Assembly: GCA_043228905.1 (NCBI GenBank)
Contig: JBHGNT010000001.1
Span: forward strand, 34,844,001-34,908,000
Direction: 5' to 3'
DNA: 64,000 nt
DNA from: Azolla caroliniana
Taxonomy: Eukaryota; Plantae; Polypodiophyta
Shown here: in pieces, positions 35,867 to 49,062 of the stretch
Layout: every line of letters starts with the position of its first letter
How positions within the stretch are numbered: position 1 is the stretch's first letter
Notes under the pieces: generated by a model
What the model was told of the DNA's origin: nothing
What the model saw: only the letters and a program-made list of their open reading frames with translations
Database searches by the model: none
Program-made: the position numbers and the translations under genes

Positions 35867-36754
35867 GCAAGATTCATATGAACATGCCATGGATGTCTAT
35901 GTCAATGAGCATACTATGGATGTCTATATTGATCATGGATGAGTTGATAGATCTGGTGGGTTTTAACAACTCATAAACATGAACATACCATTAATATCTA
36001 TATCAATGAGCATGTCATGGATGCATTTACTTATGAGATTAACATGGATTTCTATATCGATGGTGCTTGTAAATAAGGGAACCGGAATCTGCAACTTATG
36101 AACATGAATATATCATGGATGTTGATAAACATGCAATGAAATTTCTGCCCATAATGCATAGATCTAGGGGAACTTGAGTTCACAAATCAAGGGTCATGAA
36201 CCCAAGCTCAGGGCTTGGAGAAAGCAAGGAATATTGAACATCAATGTACAAAAAACTATGTGTGGTTATTGTAAATACACATCAAATTGGCCACGATGAG
36301 AGTACAAGGGAATCGGTTGGTATATCCAACACAACTTTTATATTTCTTATGATTTTATAATACTAGGGCGTATCTTTTTGTCAAAAAAAAACACAAGGGT
36401 GGCGCAATGCCACAAGCTAGTTCTAGAGACCCACTTATTCTAAAGCCCTTGTCCTTGAAATAGTTAAAGAGTGCTACCTTTTCAAATTGAATATGATTTT
36501 GTACAAATCTCTTAGGAAGCTTATACATTAGTTGTTAAATTGAGTATGTGAGTTTGTGTGTTTGCATGGGATCAAATAGAGAGAGGGTTTGTTGCACAAG
36601 GGAATAATGCTCATTTGGAAATTGAATTGGAGCACTACCATAGGAAGGCCAAATGACATATGTTCAATTGCATAATGTTGTTATAAGCATACATATATGC
36701 ATGTATGCATCACATTTATAACTATATCATACAATATATAAGGTACTAATTCTT

Positions 36755-36880
36755 TGGCTACCCATTGTCTTACACAAGACGGGCTTGGTAAGGATTGTCA
36801 CTTCCTTTCCATCTATTTTGATTTTGTGGCTGATATGCCTTTTTAAAACTAATGGAAGGATATGTTGTTTAGAAAAAAAA
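36755..36880 (+). mobile_element. Short poly(A) retroposon (SINE-like or extremely truncated LINE)
   Basis: Ends gatatgcctttttaaaactaatggaaggatatgttgtttagaaaaaaaa with a near-perfect TSD aag(g/a)tactaattct. Related ends at about 23322-23379, 39283-39350 and, on the minus strand, 43290-43640. Confidence 0.7.
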
Positions 36881-37205
36881 GATACTAATTCTCAGCATTT
36901 ATTGAAGTTTAACAAAAATGTGAGATGTGGGTGGAAGTGAAGAAAAAGATATCCTAATGATGGAGATTCTTAATGTGGAAAAGGGGTATTTGATTCATAA
37001 CTTAAACATATACATCGGCGGATTATGCCTCCAGCATTTGCATTTTATGCCATACAAATAAACAAAATGTTCTTAACAATTTGAGGGATGAAAGAAAGTT
37101 TATAGGGCACTTTGCTTTCTTCTACATTGGTATGAGATTTGACACAATTTCAAATGTCATTCATGCTTAATATGGTGGTAATGCGTGAAATACATACATT
37201 GTTCA

Positions 37206-37385
37206 CCTCTTTTGGGGAAAGAATAGAGTGGAGATATGCTTCACTAAGGTGCCTTTTTCCACCCCCCATTATGGAAGGATCCCAATTTAGATGTGTAAAT
37301 GCAGTTTCTCAAGTAGCTACATGAGGGGTTTTGCTATTCGACATGTTGGTTCTAGCCTTTGGGCACCTTTCCAAAAAAAATTAAA
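37206..37385 (+). mobile_element. 5'-truncated LINE 3' end
   Basis: Encodes IEWRYASLRCLFPP (compare QWNYQAPRWLFP of the 55448 ORF). A-rich tail and 18-bp TSD aaatacatacattgttca at 37188-37205 and 37386-37403. Confidence 0.75.
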
Positions 37386-38749
37386 AAATACATACATTGT
37401 TCAGTTGTATAGTGTTTTGTATACATGACATGGTTATAAGATACTAATTATCATCATTGATCGAAGTTTGTCAAAAATGTGAGACATATGAGAGGAAATG
37501 AAGAAAGAGATCTCCTAAGAATCGTAATTTTCAATGTAGACAAGACGTATTTGGTTCACAATATAAGCATATATATATTTATGGCCCAATGGATTATTTC
37601 TCTAACATGTGCATCTTAATTGTAAAACCATTTTATGTCGTACAAAGGAACAAAAGGTTCTAAACAATGGAGCATTTATCACTAATAGGAATATGAGTAG
37701 GTCCAATTTGAGGAATGAAAGAAAGTTAACAACACACTTTATTTTGTTCTACATTGAGATGAAATTTGGCACAATTACAAAGTCATTCATGATTCATACA
37801 ACATTTATGCTTGAAATAGTCCTTATTGAGCTAATCTTGACTCTGAAAGAATCCTTTAATCACCTAAGAGTGACTTTCACGAAGTTTCCTATAAAGCAAT
37901 CCCTTCCAAATGTGTGAATATATTCTAGATAGATTTTATGTCCACTTTCGGAAAGAAATTCTTTGCTATAGGGACCAAATCCAATACGTGTGTAAATAAC
38001 ATCTAGAATGTAATGCATATCCAATACTATAGTGAATTAATGGGTATACTCGCGGTAATTAATAAAGCATATGTTAAACTAAAAAAAAGGTATGAACTAT
38101 GATACTAGCGTTGTTGGTCATGATGTCTCTAAATGATGGAGCATGTGTTCAAGCAAAAGGCAACTTTTGTTTGTCTTACATTAATGAAGGAATATGTAGC
38201 AAATGATTTTACCAATATAACTCTTATTGAATATTAAGGCAATCGAGCGCCATGGAAACGTAAACAAGTTTTGTTTAACTTTTATGGTTACATAAAACAT
38301 TTGTATTTTGCATTAGTTTCAACTCATAAATAGTATTCTATTAATCATGGTAGGTTTTTTTAAGCAACTTGTAACTTGTACATGCACCCCTCCAAGGCCT
38401 TTGAAAATGTCACATAACTTGTAAAAATGTTTTCAAAGAGTTTTGGGACTCAAATGGAAAAAGAACTTCTCAACATGGATATGGAGGAAATATATGCGTT
38501 GTCCATAGACGAGTAACTTCGTAAATTGCCCGTCCAAAACAAAGTGCCATAATCTACTTTGTGTACGTTGAAATGACCATCGTTCATGAGTGATTCAGTT
38601 TGTTTCGAAAAATGGTTTTGGATGGATTCAAACCGGACGAAGTCACATGCATATGCATCCACAACTTATACATTGATGATGGTTCTGTCTTGGATGTGTA
38701 GGTGAATTGGACAAAGTAATGGAAGTGGCTAGAAGGATGCCATATGGCC

Positions 38750-39190
38750 CTCATCTTGTGTGTTTTGAAGTTATGAGCAAAGAGGTATGTTGAGTAAGAC
38801 TACTAGCTAGAAAAGTAGTCTCTTGGACTGCATGGACTTCTGAATATGTTGAGTATGGTTATGTTGAAGAGGTTCGGTATATGGTGAACCAAGAAAGCTC
38901 TAAGCTATTTTGAAAATATGCAACACCAGCACATTTTCTTGTTTGCTGAAAGTTTGTGGCATGATTCGATCTATAAACAAGGGAGGAGACCATTCTTGGT
39001 AATGCGTTCATTTATATATTTTTTGAATGTGGTTTATTTGCAAGGGGAAGGAAGCAAAGCTAAAACTTATTTCAAGAGGATGCAGTGTGATCACTTCTTG
39101 CCAAATACAATCACCTCCATTTGCATATTCAAGGCTTGTTCAAGTACAAGGGCTTTACATAGAGGAAAAACACAGAAAGTGCAAGAGAAT
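38750..39190 (+). pseudogene. Degenerate PPR fragment
   Basis: VSWTAWTSEYVEYG and FKRMQ..PNTITSICIFKACSS..ALHRGK motifs with frame disruptions. Confidence 0.55.
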
Positions 39191-39527
39191 TGGTTGTACA
39201 TACTAAAATGAAATTAGATTTTGGGATGGATGCAGGAATTGCGCTATAGATTGGCTTCGATAGTTGCACAATCTCTACGGAAAGCATAGTGTTGTAGTTG
39301 ATGTGCTTTTTTTTAAACTAATGGAACGATATTTTGTTTTGAAAAAAAAAGTGCCATAATCCCAAAATTCCATTAGTTCAATAAATAAATTTGGTTATGA
39401 TATACAAATTCGATGGAAAGGAAACCAAACTAATTCCAAAACCATCATGTGAAAGTCGGTGATCTTTGTATATATCCAAAATAGCGGAAAACAACCAACA
39501 AGAGGAGAGAACTACTAGATCATCCTG

Positions 39528-39966
39528 CAATTTTTTATTTTATTTTTTGAATAAAGATTCGCCTTAGTATTAATGGAAAGATGCCCAAAGGCTACAAAGA
39601 ACTCATACAATAAAATATTACCCTCATACCCACATCAACCAACATGTTGAGTAGCAAAAGCCCTCATGCATGGTCCTTCCATGACAGGGGTGGAAGAAAC
39701 CATCTTGGTGGAGCATATCTCCACTTTATTTTGTCCCCAAAAGAGGTGAAAACCTCTACCTTTTTCCAAATTTCTCAAAAATGTTGTTGCTTACGTAACA
39801 ACAACCTCAGGCTCACCAGTTATTGCCTCATATTGACCTCTTCGAGTATGTAGGAGCATCAACCATATATCCTTAACTAACTCAACAACGTTTTGTTTGA
39901 CTTTCTGAAATACACATTTACATATTGCCTTCTACAATACCCCAACTACTAAAGAAGATATCATCG
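39528..39966 (-). mobile_element. 5'-truncated LINE 3' end
   Basis: T-rich tail at 39531; minus strand encodes KIKWRYAPPRWFLPP; TSD agatcatcctg at 39517-39527 and 39967-39977. Confidence 0.7.
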
Positions 39967-42900
39967 AGATCATCCTGATGTCTTCCATCTCAAGATTTGG
40001 AATAGAAATCTAGAGCTTTTGGTAAGCTATTTGTAATAGTATATCCATAATCTATATGTATAACAAAGTGCCATAATTGATATGGTGTATGCGAAATCAT
40101 ATAACTACTATAATTTACAACCAACTAGTAATGGTTATGTGTTTGCATTTTGATTAATGCAACTCAAATAGAAACGAGAAACAATAATTGCACAAGTAAA
40201 ACGTAGATTCTTGTCATAAAATTATCGATCATTTCTACAGACATGCGTCCTAAGATGCACACCTGTATGAGCACTCATATACAGTCACCTTTCATGTTGT
40301 AGAGTTTTGTTGTATCCTTCAAAAAGTTTGAGATTCTTTTGTAACTAGGATTTTTGCCCACTCATTCAACCCATTGATCTCTTACAAAGATCGTGGCAGA
40401 GTCTATTAATGAGGGATTTGCCAAGATTTGTTTTGAAAGTTCATGTACCTTAGTGTGAGATGTAGTCTATAAATATATTAGTTCCATAATGCACTTCAAC
40501 ATTTATTCCATACGTTGACACGTAAATTTCATACAACTGAACTAAGCCTTATAACCTATTAAAAACTACGAAATTTGAGAATGCATCTATTCACAACAAT
40601 ATCTTTCACATTGTGATTTTACAAATATGATTGAGCACAAAAGTGGCAACTTTAGCTTTACTCCTTAGCCATTATAGGAAACATACTTTCATAGATGTTC
40701 CGAATAAATGCACCTTTTTAGTTTGTAATCAATCTGACGGTTTGCACTTTTATATGCACGATATAAGTTTACATGTGTAAGTGTGTACATAAAATATATC
40801 ATTAAGCTCTATATTATAGCCCAACCAGAGAAATTATTACCCACATATGATTCATCATAACTTTATTGATAGGCATACTTACGTTAATACTGTTTAGGAA
40901 CTCTCTATGGGGCATCTTCCATTGTTATAAAGTTAAAGAAAAGATAAAATCATGGGAAATGAGGATCACATCCTTCGACCTTCAAATTCTATATAAGGCA
41001 TGTGTAGTGTATATAGTTGCATTGTTTGTAATAAAATTACATGACCATTGATTGGAAAACACGCAACCAAAGGTGTTGGCTTTTTATATTTAAAATCTTT
41101 AATATGTATAGAAGATTATTTTTTACTGTACTCCAAACCACAAAATTAACCTTAATTTATTTAAATTAAGTAAATTCCTCTGAAGCAATAAATTCCTCTG
41201 AAATATAGTTTGAATTAAATTCCTCTGAAGCAATAAGAGAGTGTGCAAGCTTGAACAAATGTTATTTGGATTCTTAGTCGATATATCACTTAGCAACTAG
41301 TTCATTTCTTTTTTATCAATTACAATGCCACATTGATGTATAGCAAAATATACATTGGGTGGTGCAATATCATGCATAAAATTTGAAAATAACCTATCAT
41401 TTCCATTTACAATTGTTTTGAAAAATGTTTTACATGATCCATTAGGAGTTCCCAATCCCGTAGTCACCAAAATCCTTTTCCACAAAGATTTGTGCCATTT
41501 TTTGATAATGTAAATGATAGGCAAGTGGTTAGGAAAGTGAATTGTGTTATTTTGTGTGTTGATCTAGGTTTGCATTTTGTCCATATCCAAGGACATGGAG
41601 TTTTTGTTCAATATAAGATGAATCATATTCTAAGATGGCCAAAACTTCCTTCAAGGTAATGGTAGTTCAATGGCAATTATTCTCACAATCCAAAGTTTGT
41701 ACATGCGAACAATGTGCCACACCATATGTATTGAAGTCTCGTATAATTTTATAGTGGTTGGGGAATTGTGCACTTTCTACAAGGTTTGTCCAAACTCAAC
41801 ACGAATAGACACTTGCTATGAAATTCCCACAACACTACATTATTTTCTAGGACTCCATTTTGGTGAGTGATTTGGTCTCATTCCAAAAGTTGCTACCTAG
41901 TACATTTGATTTCTATAATGAGTAAGGTTTCGGGATTATGGACGATATGGATATCATACAACTACACGATTCCCCATCAACCCATTTTCCATGAAATGGT
42001 TTCTCCCAACACTCTTTGAAGCAATCAATGTATGATGGTTTTTGTTGCATGATATTTATATTTAGCAATTTTAGACATCTTTCAATGCGTTTGAGCACAC
42101 TTTGTAAAGTAGTATTTTTTGTGGGTTTTCACCTCGTCTCCACGTTTCCACCATTAATATAAAGCATTGCATAAAAAAGTGGAAGTAATTTCTCAAAATT
42201 AGATGTTTAAATATATTTATGGATGAGGGGTTGTTGAAGGATTGTCCCCACCCATACCTTGAGATGTTATTTGTCTATAACTCTCATATTTATTCATTAA
42301 TTCACATAAATGTTAAAAAGCTCATGTGGCCTAACTATTTATGCTAGATCCCAATGCTTGGTACCAAGCAAAGTAGTTTGGATTGGATATGTTTGATTAA
42401 GGTTCAATAATCTTATTGCCATAACTATTGTGTCCATCTCGATTCTCAAGTCATGGTCTTAACTATCTAACACATTTCTGAATCGTACTTTGTTGGACCC
42501 CTGATCTTGTGCTAGAACTAATTTCTTTAGATTTGAAGCTAGAGGTCCAAACCATTATTATAGGCTTCTGTTACTAGTGTAGAAAGTTTGTAGAAGTTTC
42601 CATTTCTCACAACACACTTGGCTATTGTCATTGCTTATTTTAAAGTTGAATGTACCAAAGCAAGTTCATGATTTACCAAAGCTAGTTGTGCTTCAGGCTT
42701 ACACTCCAACACCACCTCAACCTCACAATATTATTATCTTCTTATGTCCAATGATGTTCATCAACGTAAGTTGCTTCCCTCCACCTTATTATGTAACGAT
42801 GATGACTACCAAGTGTCGTGATACGTGTGTTTGGAGTTAGCAATTAAGTGTGAGAAACACATGCTTGTTGGAGAGTATGCCATATCTTCATGAAACAATA

Positions 42901-45488
42901 ATCGTGTTAATATTAAAAAATTTATACCATGACAAATGTCATTCTCGAACCATTTGACGCCCATTTTGGATGAACTTCCTCAAATTATTTGAATATTAGA
43001 TTCCCATGTGAACCCTAAAACTATTTACATCTATGTACATACTTTAGGTATAGATAGCTAATGTGAAGACAAAGGCTTTTCAAACTACACCAGAATACAT
43101 TCGTTCTACTATATGTTAATCATTCCATTCCTCTCCAAATATATCTTTGTTATCTTAATGTACTTGGTTTTGGTATCTTCATAAATAAGTAAAAAATGCC
43201 AAATAATTGTATGCTTTTATAACCTCACTTGATTGGTTGTGTTCATCTTCTCTTCACAAATATATACATAAAAAAACCATAGTTGGTAATCTTCTTCTTC
43301 TTCTTCTTCTTCTTTTTTCAAAACAGAATATCCTTTCATTAGTCTTAGAAAAGGCATATCACCTACAACCATAGTATGAACCATACGTGCATTCGTATTC
43401 AAGAATGTTTCAATCATTCGAGTATGGTAAACAACCTCGAAGTATGGTAAATACCATACTTTTGTATTCATTATTTATTATAAGGTAAATTTTTTTAAGG
43501 TAAGAAAGTTAAGGTAAAAAGCGTATAAAAAAAGCATACGCATTCGTATGAAAAAGAATGTTTGCCAATGCATACTATGAAGCGGCTATCCTTCCCAAAC
43601 CCGTCTTATGTAAGACAATGGCTAGCCATGGATCCTTCGTTTAAATGAGCTAAGGAAACAATTCTATATACATCCAAAGTAGAAGAAAACAAACAACAAA
43701 TGGTGAGAAAACTTCCAAATTATCTTGCAACCTATCAATCGAAGGATTGGAATGCAACTCTAAAGCTTTCGAAAAGTTATGAACATCGTGTTCTATAAAG
43801 ACCAAAACTTCTGAAAAGTTATGAATATAGTTTGTAATCTTCTTGGTTTATATATTTGTGAACAAGCAAGAGTGGTTCATATATTTCTTGAGCTTAAACT
43901 ACGGTCATATGCCATTGTTTTATTAGATGAGCCCAAGAAATGCAAGCCCTTACCGTCTTTGTCAAACAATATTTACCAATTGATAGCATCTCATCTTGAA
44001 AGCCTCCAACATATCCCATTCAATACACTTATTTCTACATTGACATTTAGATGTTTAACAACCCATCACATTTTGTGAAAACACCTTTTATGCATCAAAA
44101 TGAACATTAGTGATTTATTTTGCATGTATGCGCCACACAAGTAATGATTTCCAGATCAATAACAATTTACCTTTGAAAACGACAAATGACAAAAATAGTC
44201 AATAAGTATGCTAGCTACCATCCATAATTTTGTGAACCCTAGTACGTGTAAATATGCTTCATGCTTATAGGAAATATAAACACGCCTAGTACACATCAAG
44301 CATATTTACACTCACAATGGTTCGAAATTTCATTCCAATCGTAATATTGCACATGAATTTTCAAAACTTGTTACAAGTTTTAAGTGATTAAGGCAATCCT
44401 TATATATCAAGCCTATAAAGGATATCTTTAAATCAAACCCCAATTAAGTTACTTTAAATTTGGATTCATATCAAATTTGTTGGTTTCAAGAAAAACCTCA
44501 TAGATTCTTTGAGATCGATTTCTATAAAGAACAGAAATCACAATCCTTGTATAATCTCTCTATTCAAAAAGAATAAATGCCATCATGTTCGAATTCTAGG
44601 AATCCACACTCTAAGTGTAATTTTACAAATGATTAAAGAATGTTTATGCCTTCTCCCAAATGATAAAGAGAGCCAATAGTTACAAAACATAGACATTAAA
44701 AAGAGTATCCAAGCAAAGTAAGATTTATTACTAGTACTTTTAGTAACAGACAACATGTGTTGGTTAACTTGGGAGTTGCTAACTTGTCATCCAAAATTAC
44801 TTAGCTCTCATATGACGTGGGCTCCATAATCTCTTCAAAAGGGTATACATATCATAGAAAGCCGTAAGAATATAATAAAATCAAGTGTTTTTGTATTGAG
44901 CATGGGTGGAAATAAGAACCCTAGAATGTGCAGAAAGGATACAAGGATAGAAAGAAAGAAATGTGCATAAAGTCCAACTAGAAGATATTTAAGAATCACG
45001 AAAGAAGACAAGGAGCGAAAAAGAAATAGAGGTAGGGCTTGACAACATTTTGTCACTATCATAATCTTTAGGTAATATTGCTTTAGGGGGGGGGGGTCCT
45101 AGACAATAAATTGTGGTGGTGAATGATTGAGAAATCACTGTATGTGAAAAGTTAGAGAATGCATGAATGATGGCTATGCCTTTTGTCTCGTCACTTGGCC
45201 CTTATCATGATTCGGATGTAAGTGAGGGTTGACTTGATTTAGATTAGCTCTAACATACATTCCCAAAGAGGGACATATTTATATGCAAAAGGAAATGTCC
45301 GGGATCCTCACACAATTGTTGAGAATAAAATCTCTCTTTGTATGTCACAATGAGTGCAAGACAACTTGGAAAGGGTAACAAGATGGAAGTGATTGTGTGT
45401 TTACACGCCTATAAATACATGGGAGGTGTAACATTCAAAATGACAAAAATCATCTTCTCCTCAAAGAGAGAGCTAGAGTCATTTTGAA

Positions 45489-45736
45489 GTTTTATGAAAG
45501 GAGATTGAGTATCTTAGAGAGAGACAAAGACAAAGAGAGGAAGGGAGGGATTGAAGAGTCACAAGAAACAAGGAGTTGAGTTTTTTCCAAGAGGAGTTGC
45601 AACAAAGAAGACGTTTTATGAAAGGAGATTGAGTATCTTAGAGAGAGACAGAGACAAAGAGAGGAAGGGAGGGATTGAAGATTCACAAGAAACAAGGAAT
45701 TGAGTTTTTTCCAAGAGGAGTTGCAACAAAGACGAC
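45489..45736. repeat. 124-bp tandem duplication just upstream of KAO
   Basis: 45489-45612 and 45613-45736 are near-identical. Confidence 0.9.
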
Positions 45737-45846
45737 GTTAGGTTTTTGGAAGTATATGAAAGAAGAGTGTCAAGCTATAAGGTTTCAAATATAAGGGTAT
45801 CTTTGTGCCTTAAAAAGTAGATAGGCATACAACTATAAAAAGAAGA

Positions 45847-48800
45847 ATGAATGGTGAAACTTGGAAGGTTAGGGAGGGGGTAGGCATGATGACAAGTGTC
45901 ATGGTTTTGGGTGTATCCATGATAATACTTGTGATATGGAAGAGACTAAATAGTTGGTTGTACGAGCCAACATTGAAGAAGGGACACGCACCATTGCCAC
46001 CTGGTGACTTCGGATGGCCTCTCCTTGGAAACATGCCTCATTTTTTGTTTGCCTTCAAAAGTGGGAATCCCCAAGCCTTCATAGGTCGCTATCTTTCCAG
46101 GTAAAAATATATACATATAAGTTTGTTGTTTTATCTTTAGACAAGCTATGTAATGTGAAACCATTCTAGTTTCTTCTTCTTGTAGCCATAGGTTGTTGGT
46201 TCATTTATTATTGAAATCTTTGGTTCAATGTGCCTTAGAGGCAATAACCGAATTCTTTCTATATAATTTTGTTTTTATATTGTATTTATTTGCTAATTTG
46301 AGGGTGTTAGGAAATCGTATGGTGTGTGTGGAATGAATATAAAACAACAATATAATAGAGGAAAAAAAAATCTAGAAAGAGAGGTAAAAAAAAATGTAAT
46401 TATTCAAGAAGAATATAATATCTAGAGAGATCTATGGAAAGAGACAGTAATGAAGTATAATGGAATTAAGAAAAAAAAGCATAGTTTTGGAAAGGGGTGG
46501 AGACTCTATAGAGAGAGGATGTACAATGACACACGATCAATTTCAATGAAAAATGATGGTGTGAATTGTAGGTATGGGCGGACCGGCTTGTACAAGGCAC
46601 TTATGTTCGGGCAAGCCACGGTGTTGGCCACAAGTGTGGAGACATGCAAGGCAGTGTTGATGGCCGAGGATGTGATGGTGACAGGTTGGCCAACATCCAC
46701 GTGCGCCCTCATGGGCCCCAATTCCTTCACGTGCCTAGGACGAGCCGAACACCATCGCCTTCGTCGCCTCACCGCATCATCTTTTAATGGGCATGCTACG
46801 CTTGTCGCTTTCCTCCCCACCCTCCATACTTTCATAATCCCTGCCCTTGTCTCATGGGCATCTACCTCTTCCCCATCCTCTCCCATTCCCCTCCTTCCTC
46901 TTCTCAAAAAGGTAGATCATGTGACATCTCTCTAAGTGAATGGCTTTAGGAAAGTCATGCATACATAGACATGTGTAGAATGGTTGAGAAAGAGAACTTG
47001 GCACAAAGATTTTTGCTAGTTCAAGCATTTGTAAGGCCATATATCTTACAATGGTACAAGAGCAAGCTACTTGCCTATCTTATAGTCTTCCTTAACATGT
47101 GGCTAAAAATGCATGCTATTATCATGACAAGGCAATCAAAGAAACAATTTAGAGGAGAACTTAATACCCCATGAAACATCGAAGTAGTTGCCAATAGGTG
47201 AAGATGATGGTCCTCTAGGGTGAGGTGAAAAGACGAGGGTCATATGATAAATCAGGTTCTAAGAGAGATATGATACTACTTAGGCTTAATACATGAGTTA
47301 GGTCTTAAGCATATGATATCCAATGAAGTTTGCACAATGAACATGATCAAATGCATACTAGACACAATGAAAACAAGGTTCTTGAAAGACAAGGTTAGGG
47401 GTTCTTGACATTGCTAACTCACTTTTTGAATTTGTATGTGTATTATGCACACATGAGTGTGGGTATGCCTACTAAACGGGTAGCATAATTGCATATTGCT
47501 TTCATGGGAGGGTCTAGACCTTGGCTAATGAGATATAAGTTTTTTGTCTCATGCGAAAGATTCTTGTTGGAAATGTGGGGTAATGCACAATGGATATGCC
47601 AACTTTATGAAACAACCCAACGAAAAAGTATCAACAACACATTCTTGGAATAACAATCCTTAGTGACTTGAAATTTGTTTTAACAAATACAAACAATTTT
47701 AGCACTGAACATCTTTTTTTGGAAAAAAAAGGATAATTAGGGCTATATTATTAGAGCAAAGACATTTGAGGGGCATAATAATATTGAGCCAACCCTGAGT
47801 TTAACTGGCACCATACAAGTCGAGTGTTGAAGTCTCATTTATGTCAATATGTAGGATAGAGATGGTGTATTATCAATAGGCACTAAATTTGTATTACAAA
47901 CTATTCTCAAACCTTTCAAATTTGATATCCAAATGGACATAAGTTTAATGGAAAAGAGACAGAAGGTGAAAAACTATGTGTGTCACCCAAGTGAAGTACT
48001 CAAAGCTCATTTAGGTCAGGGTGTATAATATATTATAGAGCATGTTGCATATTCATTTGGCCAATATGATCTATTTTCCTTGGAATCTATCAAACTAAGG
48101 GAGTAATTTCAATATAGACTAATGGCATGTAAACTATACATACTCATATACATTGTGTATAACTCATCTACTAGTGAAATAAACCTTATCTATCTTGCAG
48201 CTCACATTTCATATCATCGCAAAGATTCTCATTGGTTTCGAATATGGAGAAAGATATGATATATTGGAAAAAGCTTACAAAAATCTTAATCTTGGGATGA
48301 GAGCTATGGCAATAAACCTTCCTGGAACGGCATATAACACCGCGCTCAAGGTATGCATAAGTTCTAATTTGTATCATCAATAAAGTGGTTAGTTTCTATC
48401 ACATTGAAGGAAATGTGAAAATATTTAGAGGTCACAAGTTCATCAATTTACAAATATAACACCTATTTGGGAATAAAGGTATATTGTTGTTGTCTTGCAC
48501 AATGACAATTGTTGTTATTGAAACATTTTGGTGAACTTCCTGAATACTTCATATGGATTCTTGTTTTGATATTATCCATAGGATTCAATTTACCTACTTT
48601 CTTTCTCCATTTGTATACAACGTTCATTTCACTTGTCCTTAGTAATCATTATAATATCAAGAAACAATCTATATATCCAAATGTCATCATTGATATGGAT
48701 ATCTAGAGATAATAGTCATATATTAAGAGTTAGATTTGGGAACTATTGTCGGCATGTTTGGCATGATGAATCTTAGCGAAGAAGACAAATCAATGGTTCC

Positions 48801-48998
48801 TCCACAATGCTCATAAAGACATGAAATATCCATGCCAAGTCGATAAGTTAATGATTCCATTCCACAAATGTTCGTAAAACAAGGGGGGGAAATGAAAGCC
48901 CTACACCACCAAGCAGAAGTAGCCTAGAATAAAAAGGAAGTAGACAAAAGGTTAGTTAGGCTCACACAATATTATAGCATTATGAAGTTTTCTTGCAA

Positions 48999-49062
<64 letters not shown>

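Noticed and set aside
41250-42200. Possible decayed coding or transposase remnant on the minus strand
   Set aside because: Only short ORFs, with no motif I can recognise; would need a translated search.
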